From the NCBI GenBank assembly GCA_023898525.1, contig CP060227.1:493634-557633 (forward strand): 64,000 nt of DNA, written 5' to 3'. The notes under the pieces are model-generated. The model was not told the DNA's origin. It saw only the letters and a list, made by a program, of their open reading frames with translations, and searched no databases. A program made the translations under genes and the position numbers. This DNA comes from Candidatus Nomurabacteria bacterium. Lineage in GTDB: Bacteria > Patescibacteriota > Minisyncoccia > Phycocordibacterales > UBA918. Shown in pieces: positions 27,258 to 35,883 of this stretch. Positions within the stretch are counted from its first letter, which is position 1; each line of letters opens with the position of its first letter.

Positions 27258-28655
27258 TTATTTGCCTAAACTTATAGTTTTGTTTGCCAGCAGAAGTCTG
27301 GTTTTCAGACAGGATAATAGCTCTCGTTTTTCATGAGCTTGCCCTTCCCTCAGAATGTACTTAGCGTAGTTTCGTACCTCAATATCTTTCACTTTCACCT
27401 TCGTCTCTTTCTCACCAAGTAATCCAGCTTGAAACTTTTTATGTCGTTCAATCTCATCTTTAATTTTTTTGCGCATTCCGATTTCATCAAACGCTATCTT
27501 GTCCATCAGTCCAGCTAGTTGCTCGATCAAATCTTCTTCGTTTATGTACCCACATGTACAGTTTTTATCGTTATGCTTCGTGCACCCGTAATACACGTAC
27601 CGGTGTACGTTTCCGTTCTTTTGAGTTTTGTATTTCTCATCAGCAGTGATACCTGAGCCACATAGACCGCAACTCAGTAACTTGGTGAAGGCAAACTCTT
27701 TTGTCTGCCATCCGTCTGACCTGCTGTTTTGTACTTTGATCTTTTCCTGCACCTGATCGAAGAGCGCTTTGCTAATGATTGGTTCATGTATGCCCTTATA
27801 CCACTCACCACTGCCTTTCGGATATTCGAACGTTCCATAGTAGAAATGGTTTCGGAGAATCATATATAGATTGCCGAGGTATATCGGTTTGCCTGTTCTT
27901 GTCGTGAACTTCACTTCGTCACGAAGCCAGAAGTAAAGTTGTCTACCTGTTAGGTTCTCGTACGCGATCTTCTCAAACATCTTCTTTACAATCGGTGCTC
28001 TCTTGGGGTCTATGTCCTTGTGACACTTTTTGTCAGTGCGATTACTATTCAAATATCCCGTCGGTGCAATACATGGATAAAGACCCATCTCACACCGTGC
28101 TCGCATACCTCGCTTTACGTTCTGAACTTTGTTGTCATTTTCTAGTTTGGCTTGTGATCCAAGAATCATCAGTAGAAACTTTTCATTTGGGTTGTTGGTG
28201 AACTTCTGGCCGTACGTTCGTATCTCGTGCAGTGTTCCCGAGTCCATGAGATCCACTATTCGTCCGAGATCTCCTGCATTCCTTGAAATTCGATCAGGTG
28301 CCCATGTCAGTATGGCGTTGAACTTACCGCTATGGATATCTGCTACAAGCTCGTTGAACACTGGTCTCGTGCCAGCTTCTTTAGCGGAATGTGACTCCTT
28401 CCTGATTTCAGCCACCTCCAGATTATCTCGCTCCGCCATCTGCAGCATTTCTTTGATCTGAGAGTCGATAGAAAGCACTTGCATCTCCTCAGACTCCGTC
28501 GACTTACGTGCGTACAAGCAGTATTTTAGTGTTACTGGCGCTACTATTTTGCTCGACACGAACCCCTCTGGTGCTTCTGTTCTGCTCATTACCAACACTA
28601 ATGACGCAACCCCTCTAGGAAGTCTAGAGGGGTTGGTAGTTGGTAAGTTGATCAC
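27258..28655 (-). CDS. Large serine recombinase, paralog 1
   Basis: The catalytic-domain YARKSTESEE (nucleophile Ser), LSIDSQ, ILTWAPDRISRNAGDLG, and a C-terminal recombinase domain with a Cys-rich zinc ribbon. Confidence 0.85.
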   Translation of the reverse strand: MINLPTTNPSRLPRGVASLVLVMSRTEAPEGFVSSKIVAPVTLKYCLYARKSTESEEMQVLSIDSQIKEMLQMAERDNLEVAEIRKESHSAKEAGTRPVFNELVADIHSGKFNAILTWAPDRISRNAGDLGRIVDLMDSGTLHEIRTYGQKFTNNPNEKFLLMILGSQAKLENDNKVQNVKRGMRARCEMGLYPCIAPTGYLNSNRTDKKCHKDIDPKRAPIVKKMFEKIAYENLTGRQLYFWLRDEVKFTTRTGKPIYLGNLYMILRNHFYYGTFEYPKGSGEWYKGIHEPIISKALFDQVQEKIKVQNSRSDGWQTKEFAFTKLLSCGLCGSGITADEKYKTQKNGNVHRYVYYGCTKHNDKNCTCGYINEEDLIEQLAGLMDKIAFDEIGMRKKIKDEIERHKKFQAGLLGEKETKVKVKDIEVRNYAKYILREGQAHEKRELLSCLKTRLLLANKTISLGK

Positions 28656-29200
28656 TGAAAATCCTTCGCGACACCAGTCACATTCATACGGTAGTTCAAC
28701 ATTTCCTTGCTAATACCGTATTTTCTAGTCGCCTGAACATCCGTGAGTTTTTGTTTCTTTATATAAATACAAGCTTCTCGTGGAAGAAGTAGACAACCAG
28801 ACAACCACCCCGCTTCATCTTCTTCATCCTGATTGTACGAAGCATACAGCAACCCATCGATAACATAATTCTTTCCGCCCTCATGCCCCAAAATCAAATG
28901 AGACAGTTCATGAGCCAAGTTACTAGCCTGTCTTGCTTTCGAATGTGTCGGATTTAAAACGATCACCGCAAGATCATTCGACCTTATCGTCATAGCAGAC
29001 CAGCTGTCGGGATCATCTTCTGTCAAAGTCTTGCAACATTCTTTACTCACACCATTAATGTCTTCTGGCAACCAAATCCTAATGCCATGCAGCTCTGCCA
29101 GTACCCACATGTCTAGCGGGGAATAGGCCTGATGTCCTTGTCTCTTCCTTATGTTAAGCGCGGTTTTCTCCGCCCATGCTTTGAAACCACGTTTATACAT
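28652..29200 (-). CDS. ImmA/IrrE-family HExxH metallopeptidase
   Basis: HELSHLILGHEG. It lies directly downstream of an XRE HTH gene, matching the ImmR/ImmA or CapH/CapP pairing. Confidence 0.75.
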   Translation of the reverse strand: MYKRGFKAWAEKTALNIRKRQGHQAYSPLDMWVLAELHGIRIWLPEDINGVSKECCKTLTEDDPDSWSAMTIRSNDLAVIVLNPTHSKARQASNLAHELSHLILGHEGGKNYVIDGLLYASYNQDEEDEAGWLSGCLLLPREACIYIKKQKLTDVQATRKYGISKEMLNYRMNVTGVAKDFQ

Positions 29201-29209
29201 ACCGGGACC

Positions 29210-29584
29210 TTATTCACTCCCAATAGGCTGGAGTTTCGCCATCTCTTTTTGGGCAGCAATAATTACTTCTGCTAGAGCTTTAGCAGTAGTAGGTTTAACT
29301 TCTTTGTTTTTTCTAAAGTGGATTGCTGCCATTGGCGCTTCGTGCTTGGTCGCCTCACGAGTTTCGCCCTGCAGAAAAGCTCCTGCGTCAATCTCAAGCC
29401 ACGCACAGACTTTTTGGAAAGTATCTATGTCGGCCATATATCCTCGTTCGATACGTGACAAGGTCGCCGGACTAATCCCAATGTCCTTGGCCACAACACG
29501 AACACCCCGCCCGGCTCTCTTGGCGAAAACTTTTTCGCCAAGTTTTTCAAACCTGCGGGAGGTGTCTTTATTTGATTGTTTCAT
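29210..29584 (-). CDS. XRE-family HTH repressor-like protein
   Basis: AKDIGISPATLSRIERG. Confidence 0.75.
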   Translation of the reverse strand: MKQSNKDTSRRFEKLGEKVFAKRAGRGVRVVAKDIGISPATLSRIERGYMADIDTFQKVCAWLEIDAGAFLQGETREATKHEAPMAAIHFRKNKEVKPTTAKALAEVIIAAQKEMAKLQPIGSE

Positions 29585-29600
29585 ACATAATACAAAAATG

Positions 29601-29630
29601 TTTGACAGATAAGACGCTCATGCCTTATAC
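29601..29630 (+). promoter_or_regulatory. Sigma-70-like promoter TTGACA-17-TTATACT reading rightwards into the Ubl operon
   Basis: -35 TTGACA at 29601-29606 and -10 TTATAC(T) at 29624-29630. It lies in the divergent intergenic region next to the XRE gene start. Confidence 0.5.
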
Positions 29631-29720
29631 TGTGTCTTACATGTGAAACAGTACCGCGATTCCCTCTTGGGGTCAAGCGCACTGGCCACATGATTTAACC
29701 AATAAGCTTCTATTTATTAT

Positions 29721-29981
29721 ATGGAAACTTCAACAAAAGAGCACGCACAGCGTGGTCATAAAACAAAGCTCGTAACCGTCACCGTGGATGGTGTAGAGCA
29801 CAAAATTAAACGAGGAAAGTACACGGGTAAGGAGCTCAAGCAAGCATTTGGTATCGAGCCGAACCGTGAGCTGCTTGAAATCAAAGGTAAGAAGTTGGTA
29901 CCGATTGGTGATTGCGACGAGACCAATGTCTCAGGACATGAGGTGTTCGTGACACACGTATGTACCGGAACATCATCGTAA
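29721..29981 (+). CDS. Ubiquitin-like (beta-grasp, ThiS/MoaD-like) protein, 86 aa
   Basis: VTVTVDGVEHKIKRGKYTGKELKQAFGIEPNRELLEIKGKKLVPIGDCDETNVSGHEVFV resembles ThiS/MoaD. There is no C-terminal GG. It is the first gene of the Ubl-E2-JAB-E1 operon. Confidence 0.5.
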   Translation: METSTKEHAQRGHKTKLVTVTVDGVEHKIKRGKYTGKELKQAFGIEPNRELLEIKGKKLVPIGDCDETNVSGHEVFVTHVCTGTSS

Positions 29982-30319
29982 GCCGTATGGAGTTTGATCA
30001 AGAACAACTAAACGAGTTGGGTCACCAGTGTGAGCGAGTCGAAGTACTCGCTGACGGTCCTCATCATTTTATACTGCTCACCAATTTGGAATTGATTTCC
30101 GATGGGAAGGTAGTGGTGATGGATGCGTTACTGTGCCCATTCGCTCACACTGGTTATGCAACTCGTCTGTTCTTGGCAGAACCTTTGAGTCACAAACAGA
30201 AGAACTGGACAATCCATCAGCTTCTAGGGAGAAATTGGCATACATGGTCATGGAAAGGTGTCGAGGCCAACCAACGTTTGTCACAGATATTAGCGAGCCA
30301 TTTAACCGCTCTCATATGA
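29960..30319 (+). CDS. E2-like (UBC-fold) candidate, 119 aa
   Basis: The candidate catalytic Cys is in MDALLCPFAHTGY, and GPHHF sits in the position of an HPN-like motif. Its stop overlaps the JAB start (ATGA). The assignment is by operon position and size. Confidence 0.35.
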   Translation: MYRNIIVSRMEFDQEQLNELGHQCERVEVLADGPHHFILLTNLELISDGKVVVMDALLCPFAHTGYATRLFLAEPLSHKQKNWTIHQLLGRNWHTWSWKGVEANQRLSQILASHLTALI

Positions 30320-30843
30320 AGGTCGTCTACAAAATAAATGCTGATCTAATAGCAACAATTAAGGAAGACCTATCGCGGTTTCACCCGTATGCGTTTGAGC
30401 GTATAGGGTTCATCTCTAATTCTTGTGCGTACACGAGTGATGACACGCTCACCATTTATGCGCTAGGTTATACGCCGATACCCGATGATTGCTACATCCC
30501 TGACTACACGGTAGGAGTGAGGTTCGGTAAAGATGCAATTCAAAAGGCACTTGAACTCGCCTTCAATGAAGGAGGTCAGAACGTATCAGTCTTTCATGTC
30601 CACGAACACATGGGGTCAAATGTGCCTTGGTTCAGCCAGACTGATCTATTGAGTGCTGACGAATTTGTCCCAGACATATTCAACACCGCACCCGCAATGC
30701 CTCATGGCATTCTGGTACTCAACGAACGACATGCTTCAGGAAAAGTTTGGACTACCAAAGCAGAATCGCAGCCAATAGAAACCGTTATTAGTGTTGGTTC
30801 GCCAACAAAATACTCTAATTACCATGAACGAACGTTATTCTAG
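30316..30843 (+). CDS. JAB/MPN (JAMM) family metallopeptidase, deubiquitinase-like
   Basis: HVHEHMGSNVPWFSQTD approximates the JAMM HxHx7-8SxxD motif. Confidence 0.55.
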   Translation: MKVVYKINADLIATIKEDLSRFHPYAFERIGFISNSCAYTSDDTLTIYALGYTPIPDDCYIPDYTVGVRFGKDAIQKALELAFNEGGQNVSVFHVHEHMGSNVPWFSQTDLLSADEFVPDIFNTAPAMPHGILVLNERHASGKVWTTKAESQPIETVISVGSPTKYSNYHERTLF

Positions 30844-31651
30844 ACAAAGCTTCTTAGGTGAGGACAGCGACTCACTTTTCGCCCGCTTGAACGTCGCTAT
30901 TGTTGGTCTTGGCGGCGGCGGTTCACATGTGGCACAACAACTAGTTCATTTGGGTGTGAAAAATTTCATCCTAGTTGATCACGATTCGATTGAGGAAAGC
31001 AATCTGAATCGGTTAGTTGGCGGTACAGCGGAAGATGTACGAGCAGAGAGAAATAAGGTGGATATTCTTGCTCGAGTGATACGTAGCGTCAATGAAGATG
31101 CCGATGTCTCAGTTCAATCGCAAAAATGGCAAAACGCTGCTAACCTATTGCGCGAGTGTGACTGCATATTCGGTTGCGTTGATTCGCTAGACGAGAGGCG
31201 ACAGCTCGAAAATTTTGCTCGTCGCTTTATGATCCCTTACATTGACATCGGTATTGATGTAAGTAATACAGATGGACGTACTTACATAACTGGTCAGGTT
31301 GCAAAATCGATCCCATCGAAACCTTGTCTTTGGTGCCTCAACATATTGAACGAACAAAATGTAAACAAAGAAGTGCAAGAGTACGGTGCTGCTGGGGGAC
31401 AACCTCAAGTGGTGTGGGCGAACGGTATTGTTGCGTCGGCTGCAGTGGGAATGTTTGTCGAACTGTTTACACCTTGGAACCCTGATCAAAACCAAGTGCT
31501 TTGCCTAGACTACGATGGTAATAAACACACATTGGAAGTGAGTAACCGCATGCTCTTTCCAAGTGTGCAAGAGGGTATTTGCGAGCACTACCCAAAGGAA
31601 TTAGTGGGTGACCCTTTCTTTAAAATTAATAAGATTGTGAACCATGGATGA
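30824..31651 (+). CDS. ThiF/MoeB/HesA-family E1-like activating enzyme
   Basis: RYSRQ motif, Rossmann VAIVGLGGGGSH, catalytic-cysteine region CDCIFGCVD, CxxC zinc site KPCLWC. Confidence 0.8.
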   Translation: MNERYSRQSFLGEDSDSLFARLNVAIVGLGGGGSHVAQQLVHLGVKNFILVDHDSIEESNLNRLVGGTAEDVRAERNKVDILARVIRSVNEDADVSVQSQKWQNAANLLRECDCIFGCVDSLDERRQLENFARRFMIPYIDIGIDVSNTDGRTYITGQVAKSIPSKPCLWCLNILNEQNVNKEVQEYGAAGGQPQVVWANGIVASAAVGMFVELFTPWNPDQNQVLCLDYDGNKHTLEVSNRMLFPSVQEGICEHYPKELVGDPFFKINKIVNHG

Positions 31652-31904
31652 TTTAGCATTTAAGTACCCGAGAAGAATTCTGCAAGCACTACTGGTTGGT
31701 GCGATGGTGATTGCTATTGGCTGGGGTGTTATTACTTGGAACTCGCAAAATGCGATCAATCTCTGGACTAAGGAAGTAACGTTTATTACTCAACCGATCT
31801 TTAACTACTTCACAAACAAGATGGAACGTAGGGTGGAACGAGCTATGGAGCCGGTGACGGAGCAGCTCGAAGCGTCTGGTAACTCCGCTTCGCAAGACCA
31901 GTAA
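31644..31904 (+). CDS. Small two-TM membrane protein (MDDLAFKYP...) ending the Ubl operon; paralog of 48499..48729
   Basis: It overlaps the E1 stop (ATGGATGA). It is ~45% identical over 70 aa to the small ORF at 48499..48729. Confidence 0.5.
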   Translation: MDDLAFKYPRRILQALLVGAMVIAIGWGVITWNSQNAINLWTKEVTFITQPIFNYFTNKMERRVERAMEPVTEQLEASGNSASQDQ

Positions 31905-31924
31905 ACTAAGCTAAAGTGCTGACT

Positions 31925-32140
31925 AATAGCCCTATTTGAGCTATTATGTCCGTTACAACCAAATACGGTAGACCTAACCCATTGGCAACCCCAATGGTAT
32001 GGTCGAAAATCCCAAAGCACATAAAGAACCCGTCATCAGGGCTCGTGCTTTGGGTTATAGGGGGAAACTCCTATAGGAGCTTCGGCTCTCCTGGTGGCGG
32101 GCTTTTTGTACCTCACCAATTTATAAACCCAAAGCACAAT
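31925..32140 (+). ncRNA. Conserved ~200-nt noncoding element, copy A (candidate structured RNA / regulatory leader)
   Basis: It shares TATTTGAGCTATTATGTYCGTTACAA and ACCTAACCC with 60600-60790. It has co-varying stems CCCAAAGCAC/GTGCTTTGGG (copy A) against CCGTCCAAAGT/ACTTTGGACGG (copy B), and ends ...GGGCTTTTTG. Confidence 0.45.
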
Positions 32141-32144
32141 TTAT

Positions 32145-32492
32145 ATGGAATCATTTAAACTATCGTCTTCAGAAAACGAAGACAAGAACGAGGAAGGAAG
32201 TTCATCTGTAGCGAAGGTACTTCTCAGCCTCATTATTATGGGAGCAGGAGGTTGGTTCTTCTTCGGCGGAGGACTCGAACAACAAGCAGCTAATGACCTC
32301 GACAAAATCGAAGACCAGGTCGCTGCTGATTCAGTCCGACAATACAACCTCGCTAAGCAAGGTGGTGACGCAATTGAAATCTGCGTACAAGCAGGAATGG
32401 TCACAGCTGCGTATCTCCAAGCCGAAGACCAACCAAACTACCTAAAGTGGAAAGACATCGAGAAAGCAGACTGTGCTAGAGCAGGGATGTAA
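32145..32492 (+). CDS. Small membrane-anchored protein with acidic N-terminus
   Basis: One TM (VAKVLLSLIIMGAGGWFFFGGG); no motif. Confidence 0.35.
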   Translation: MESFKLSSSENEDKNEEGSSSVAKVLLSLIIMGAGGWFFFGGGLEQQAANDLDKIEDQVAADSVRQYNLAKQGGDAIEICVQAGMVTAAYLQAEDQPNYLKWKDIEKADCARAGM

Positions 32493-32497
32493 AAAAT

Positions 32498-32527
32498 AAA
32501 CCACTGACGGGCAGTGGTTTATTTTTA
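32498..32527. terminator. Bidirectional terminator AAACCACTG-ACGG-GCAGTGGTTT flanked by A6/T5
   Basis: It lies between convergent genes. Confidence 0.65.
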
Positions 32528-32965
32528 TCTTTCCCAATCATCAGGATGACCCCCATTTTCAATGAACTCTCGATATCGTTCAAGACGAGCAATAGTTGGA
32601 ATGGAAGCAATAGTGATTGGTGGTGTCATCTCTTCCAAGCGGTACGGCGAAGTAGTCTTCTTCGGATGATAGTCATCGTGACAGTTACTCAACTGAAACT
32701 TAATCGCTGGAAAGTAGCCTTCACTGATACTACGCATAAGCTGGTTGTGCGCCAAGTCATTTACATAACTCTTGCCGTCACTGATTGCCTTATCCGCCTG
32801 TACCGCAAAATCTTCATCCTCCTTCACCCAGCGATAGTACGTCTCACGGCTCAAGCCAGCCTTCTTGCAAGCAAAGCTCACGTTACCCGATTCACACAGA
32901 GACTGGAGTACTTTCTCTTGCTGTTTCAGAATCCGCTCCTGTATCCGCTTCTCGCGCTTGTCCAT
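32525..32965 (-). CDS. Phage terminase small subunit-like HTH protein (degenerate copy)
   Basis: FACKKAGLSRETYYRWVKEDEDF resembles the TerS HTH, and the gene at 62675..63070 is homologous in layout. Confidence 0.45.
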   Translation of the reverse strand: MDKREKRIQERILKQQEKVLQSLCESGNVSFACKKAGLSRETYYRWVKEDEDFAVQADKAISDGKSYVNDLAHNQLMRSISEGYFPAIKFQLSNCHDDYHPKKTTSPYRLEEMTPPITIASIPTIARLERYREFIENGGHPDDWER

Positions 32966-33707
32966 TACCAGTAAGTTTTAGCCAGCGAACAACGATAGTC
33001 TCGCAGTATTCTGGGTCCATCTCGACCGTAATACACTTACGCTTCGTATGCTCGCAGGCAATCAAGGTTGAGCCACTGCCACCAAACGGGTCATAGACGG
33101 TGTCACCAACCTTCGTGCTGTTAAGAATCAGTCTGCGGAGTAATCCGACTGGTTTCATCGTCGGGTGGAGCTTGCTTTGCGACGGTTTCGGGTAGAACGC
33201 AACTGACTTGTCTTTGCCACGCTTGAAGTCGTGCGTACCTTTCCAACCGTAGAGAATGAGTTCGTGTTGCGGTAGGTAGTCGAGTCGTCCCACGATTGCT
33301 CGATCCTTCACCCAGACGATAAGTTGGGCAATTTTCATGCCTGCCTCAAGACAGGCCTGACGGAGAGCGAAGATCATCTTGTCGGAGTTGAAGATGTAGA
33401 TGCTGTTTTTCTTGGACAGCTTTGAGAGTGCTGGAGAAAGCCAGCTCTTAGTGAATTCAACGTACTGTTGGTCGGACATAAATCCGTCATTGGAGATGTC
33501 TTTATCCTTGGCAATCTTGCCAATGCCACGCTTGCTTTCAGCGTAATCGACACCGTACGGCGGGTCAGTTAGAAGGAGGTCGATGTTCCCGTAGACAGAG
33601 AGGTCTACCTTGGAGGAATCACCGCAGATGAGAACGTGCTCACCAAGACAGATGATGTCCCCTGTCTTAATTGATCTTGGTAGCTTTGGTACCGGTGAAT
33701 TTTTCAT
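32892..33707 (-). CDS. DNA methyltransferase (N6-adenine/N4-cytosine, DPPY family)
   Basis: DIICLGEHVLICGDS and LLLTDPPYGVDYA. Confidence 0.8.
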   Translation of the reverse strand: MKNSPVPKLPRSIKTGDIICLGEHVLICGDSSKVDLSVYGNIDLLLTDPPYGVDYAESKRGIGKIAKDKDISNDGFMSDQQYVEFTKSWLSPALSKLSKKNSIYIFNSDKMIFALRQACLEAGMKIAQLIVWVKDRAIVGRLDYLPQHELILYGWKGTHDFKRGKDKSVAFYPKPSQSKLHPTMKPVGLLRRLILNSTKVGDTVYDPFGGSGSTLIACEHTKRKCITVEMDPEYCETIVVRWLKLTGNGQAREADTGADSETARESTPVSV

Positions 33708-34941
33708 AGCGGTTGATGATTACCTGAACAAAGACGGGGTTGAGCTCGACCAGAAACGCATTGCGCTTCATTTGCTCACACGCAAGGAGGGTTGAACCTG
33801 AGCCACCACAGAGATCGAGCACGTTATCGCCGATCTTGGTGCAACGGTTGAGTGGTCGCTCATGCAAAGACAGAGGTTTCTGCGTTGGGTGATCGTAGGA
33901 TTGTCCTGCGTCACGCTTAGCGAGCCAGATATCAATCATGTCAGTGACATCATCGATGGTAGCGTTACCGATGCCGATATCTTTATTCAGAATCTCGGCG
34001 AGTTTGGTGTGCTTTTTAGAGAGGTATGGCTTACCAACCGTGCCGTAAAGGGCTGGTTCGTAGATTTTCGAGAACGCTACTTGTGGCGTTGGGTTGATAC
34101 CGTTCTTGATCCAGAGGGCGGTGCGTTTGTATGCGATACCTACCTCAACGAAGAGGTTTTGAAGCATGCCGACATACGCTGAATCGCAGTACCAGATGTG
34201 GTGCGAGTCCTTAGCTGAAACGTCCACCGCATTTTGCATCAGTGTGCGTACGAAGGTGCGGTACTCAGCGTCTGTCTTCTTATCATCAACGACACCACCG
34301 TAGCTTTTCTTGCCCCCGATGCCTTTGTCGTACGAGAGTCCGATGTTGTATGGAATATCTACATACGACATGTCGATTGTGGTCTCACCAACAAGCTTCT
34401 TCACTGTCTCGGGGTTCGTGCTGTCACCACAGATAAGATAGTGGGTACCGAGCTTGAAGAAGTCACCAGACTTAATGTCAGTCGTCTCGGCTTTCTTGAG
34501 CTCTTTCTCAGGATTAAACTCATCGTCATCAATCTCCAGCACATCGTCCCAGATGTCAGAGAGGTCTCCGTCATCGAAGCCGATGTCCAAGAGGAACTCA
34601 GTGTCAAAATCCTTCAACAGTTCGTAGTCCCACGAGCCTGTGTTCTTATTGGAGCGTAGGAGATACTCTTCAAATTCCTTCTTGGTAAGGGTGCGGTTTG
34701 GTACTCGCACGTCAATTTCTTCTTGCCCGCGACCGAGTAGTTGCATCACCTTCAATCTGGCGTGTCCTGCCACGATAGTGTTATCAGTGTTGATCGCAGG
34801 AATCTCCGCTAGAGAGAACTTGGTAATGCTCGCTTCAAGGTCTTTACGCTGTTTGTCCGACAAGGTGCGAGGGTTCTTGTCGTACGGCACGAGATCATCG
34901 ACTTTGCGTGTCTCTGTGTGCCAAGTAATTTTATTACTCAT
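33667..34941 (-). CDS. ParB-like nuclease domain fused to a DNA methyltransferase
   Basis: N-terminal ParB/Srx fold (DLVPYDKNPRTLSD), then HYLICGDS and DIPYNIG methyltransferase motifs. Confidence 0.8.
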   Translation of the reverse strand: MSNKITWHTETRKVDDLVPYDKNPRTLSDKQRKDLEASITKFSLAEIPAINTDNTIVAGHARLKVMQLLGRGQEEIDVRVPNRTLTKKEFEEYLLRSNKNTGSWDYELLKDFDTEFLLDIGFDDGDLSDIWDDVLEIDDDEFNPEKELKKAETTDIKSGDFFKLGTHYLICGDSTNPETVKKLVGETTIDMSYVDIPYNIGLSYDKGIGGKKSYGGVVDDKKTDAEYRTFVRTLMQNAVDVSAKDSHHIWYCDSAYVGMLQNLFVEVGIAYKRTALWIKNGINPTPQVAFSKIYEPALYGTVGKPYLSKKHTKLAEILNKDIGIGNATIDDVTDMIDIWLAKRDAGQSYDHPTQKPLSLHERPLNRCTKIGDNVLDLCGGSGSTLLACEQMKRNAFLVELNPVFVQVIINRYEKFTGTKATKIN

Positions 34942-35009
34942 AGTAGATTGCGAGGGTGTTTTATATTAATGGTCCCTCTACCATCTACTGCTGAGATTTC
35001 AGCGACTAG

Positions 35010-35726
35010 TTAGTCATTGCGATATATTTCGTCTTCAAAGTCCATTGCACCAGAATGTCGCAGTTCACCACTGCCTCGTAACTCCTTTTCAGGAAGAAGC
35101 GTGAACTTGGGCTGGTAGCCAGTCTCGTTGGTATATCGTTCAAATGGTTCTTCGTTGATACCAAACGCCTGACGTAGACCCATTGATAAGTCACTCTTTC
35201 GTTTTTCTACTGCGTTTGGTGAAGTAACACCGCAAACATTCATCAAATGCTGTTTCGTGGCAGGTATGTTTGGCTCACGTCCAAGCAAGGCAGACATCAT
35301 CCGAAGCAAAGCCCAACGGCGATCTGGTTTTTTCCATTCAGTGTTAGCCTGAGCGAAGCCGAGATCCTCATGTGAATATTTTCCGATGATTGTGTCTCCG
35401 TATTTCACCTCTACATCTTCGTTGTTTTTGAAGCTGATACTGAGTTCCTGCCACTTAGCGTTTTCTGGTAATTTAACCTTCGCCTCAGTGAACAAGACCT
35501 CTTTCTTGGTTTTAGCCTTCATTGAACTTGCTGACACGGGAGCTGATTCCGTTGATATCTCAGTCTCTGTCTCAGCGCCGTATACTTCCTGATAAATAAC
35601 TTGAAGCTCAGCAATGAAGCGGAGTGTTGGTTTTATTGGTTCTATTGCTTGTCGCACCTGATCCTCAAGAGCCTTGCGTTGCAGGAGAGCCTGACGGAGC
35701 GAAGTAAGTGTGTTTTTTGTGTACAT
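35010..35726 (-). CDS. Hypothetical protein (238 aa)
   Basis: No motif recognised. Confidence 0.35.
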   Translation of the reverse strand: MYTKNTLTSLRQALLQRKALEDQVRQAIEPIKPTLRFIAELQVIYQEVYGAETETEISTESAPVSASSMKAKTKKEVLFTEAKVKLPENAKWQELSISFKNNEDVEVKYGDTIIGKYSHEDLGFAQANTEWKKPDRRWALLRMMSALLGREPNIPATKQHLMNVCGVTSPNAVEKRKSDLSMGLRQAFGINEEPFERYTNETGYQPKFTLLPEKELRGSGELRHSGAMDFEDEIYRND

Positions 35727-35883
35727 ATACTCTAATTATACAACCGACTTTTACAGCGATAATATCCTTGTTTTAAGCCATATCCGTATTTTCAAACCGT
35801 TCTGAAAATGCTCTTAAAATAGCTGTTTGGGTGTCAGATTTGTAACATGTGGCTTTACTGAGCCATCGGCATATAATCACTTT

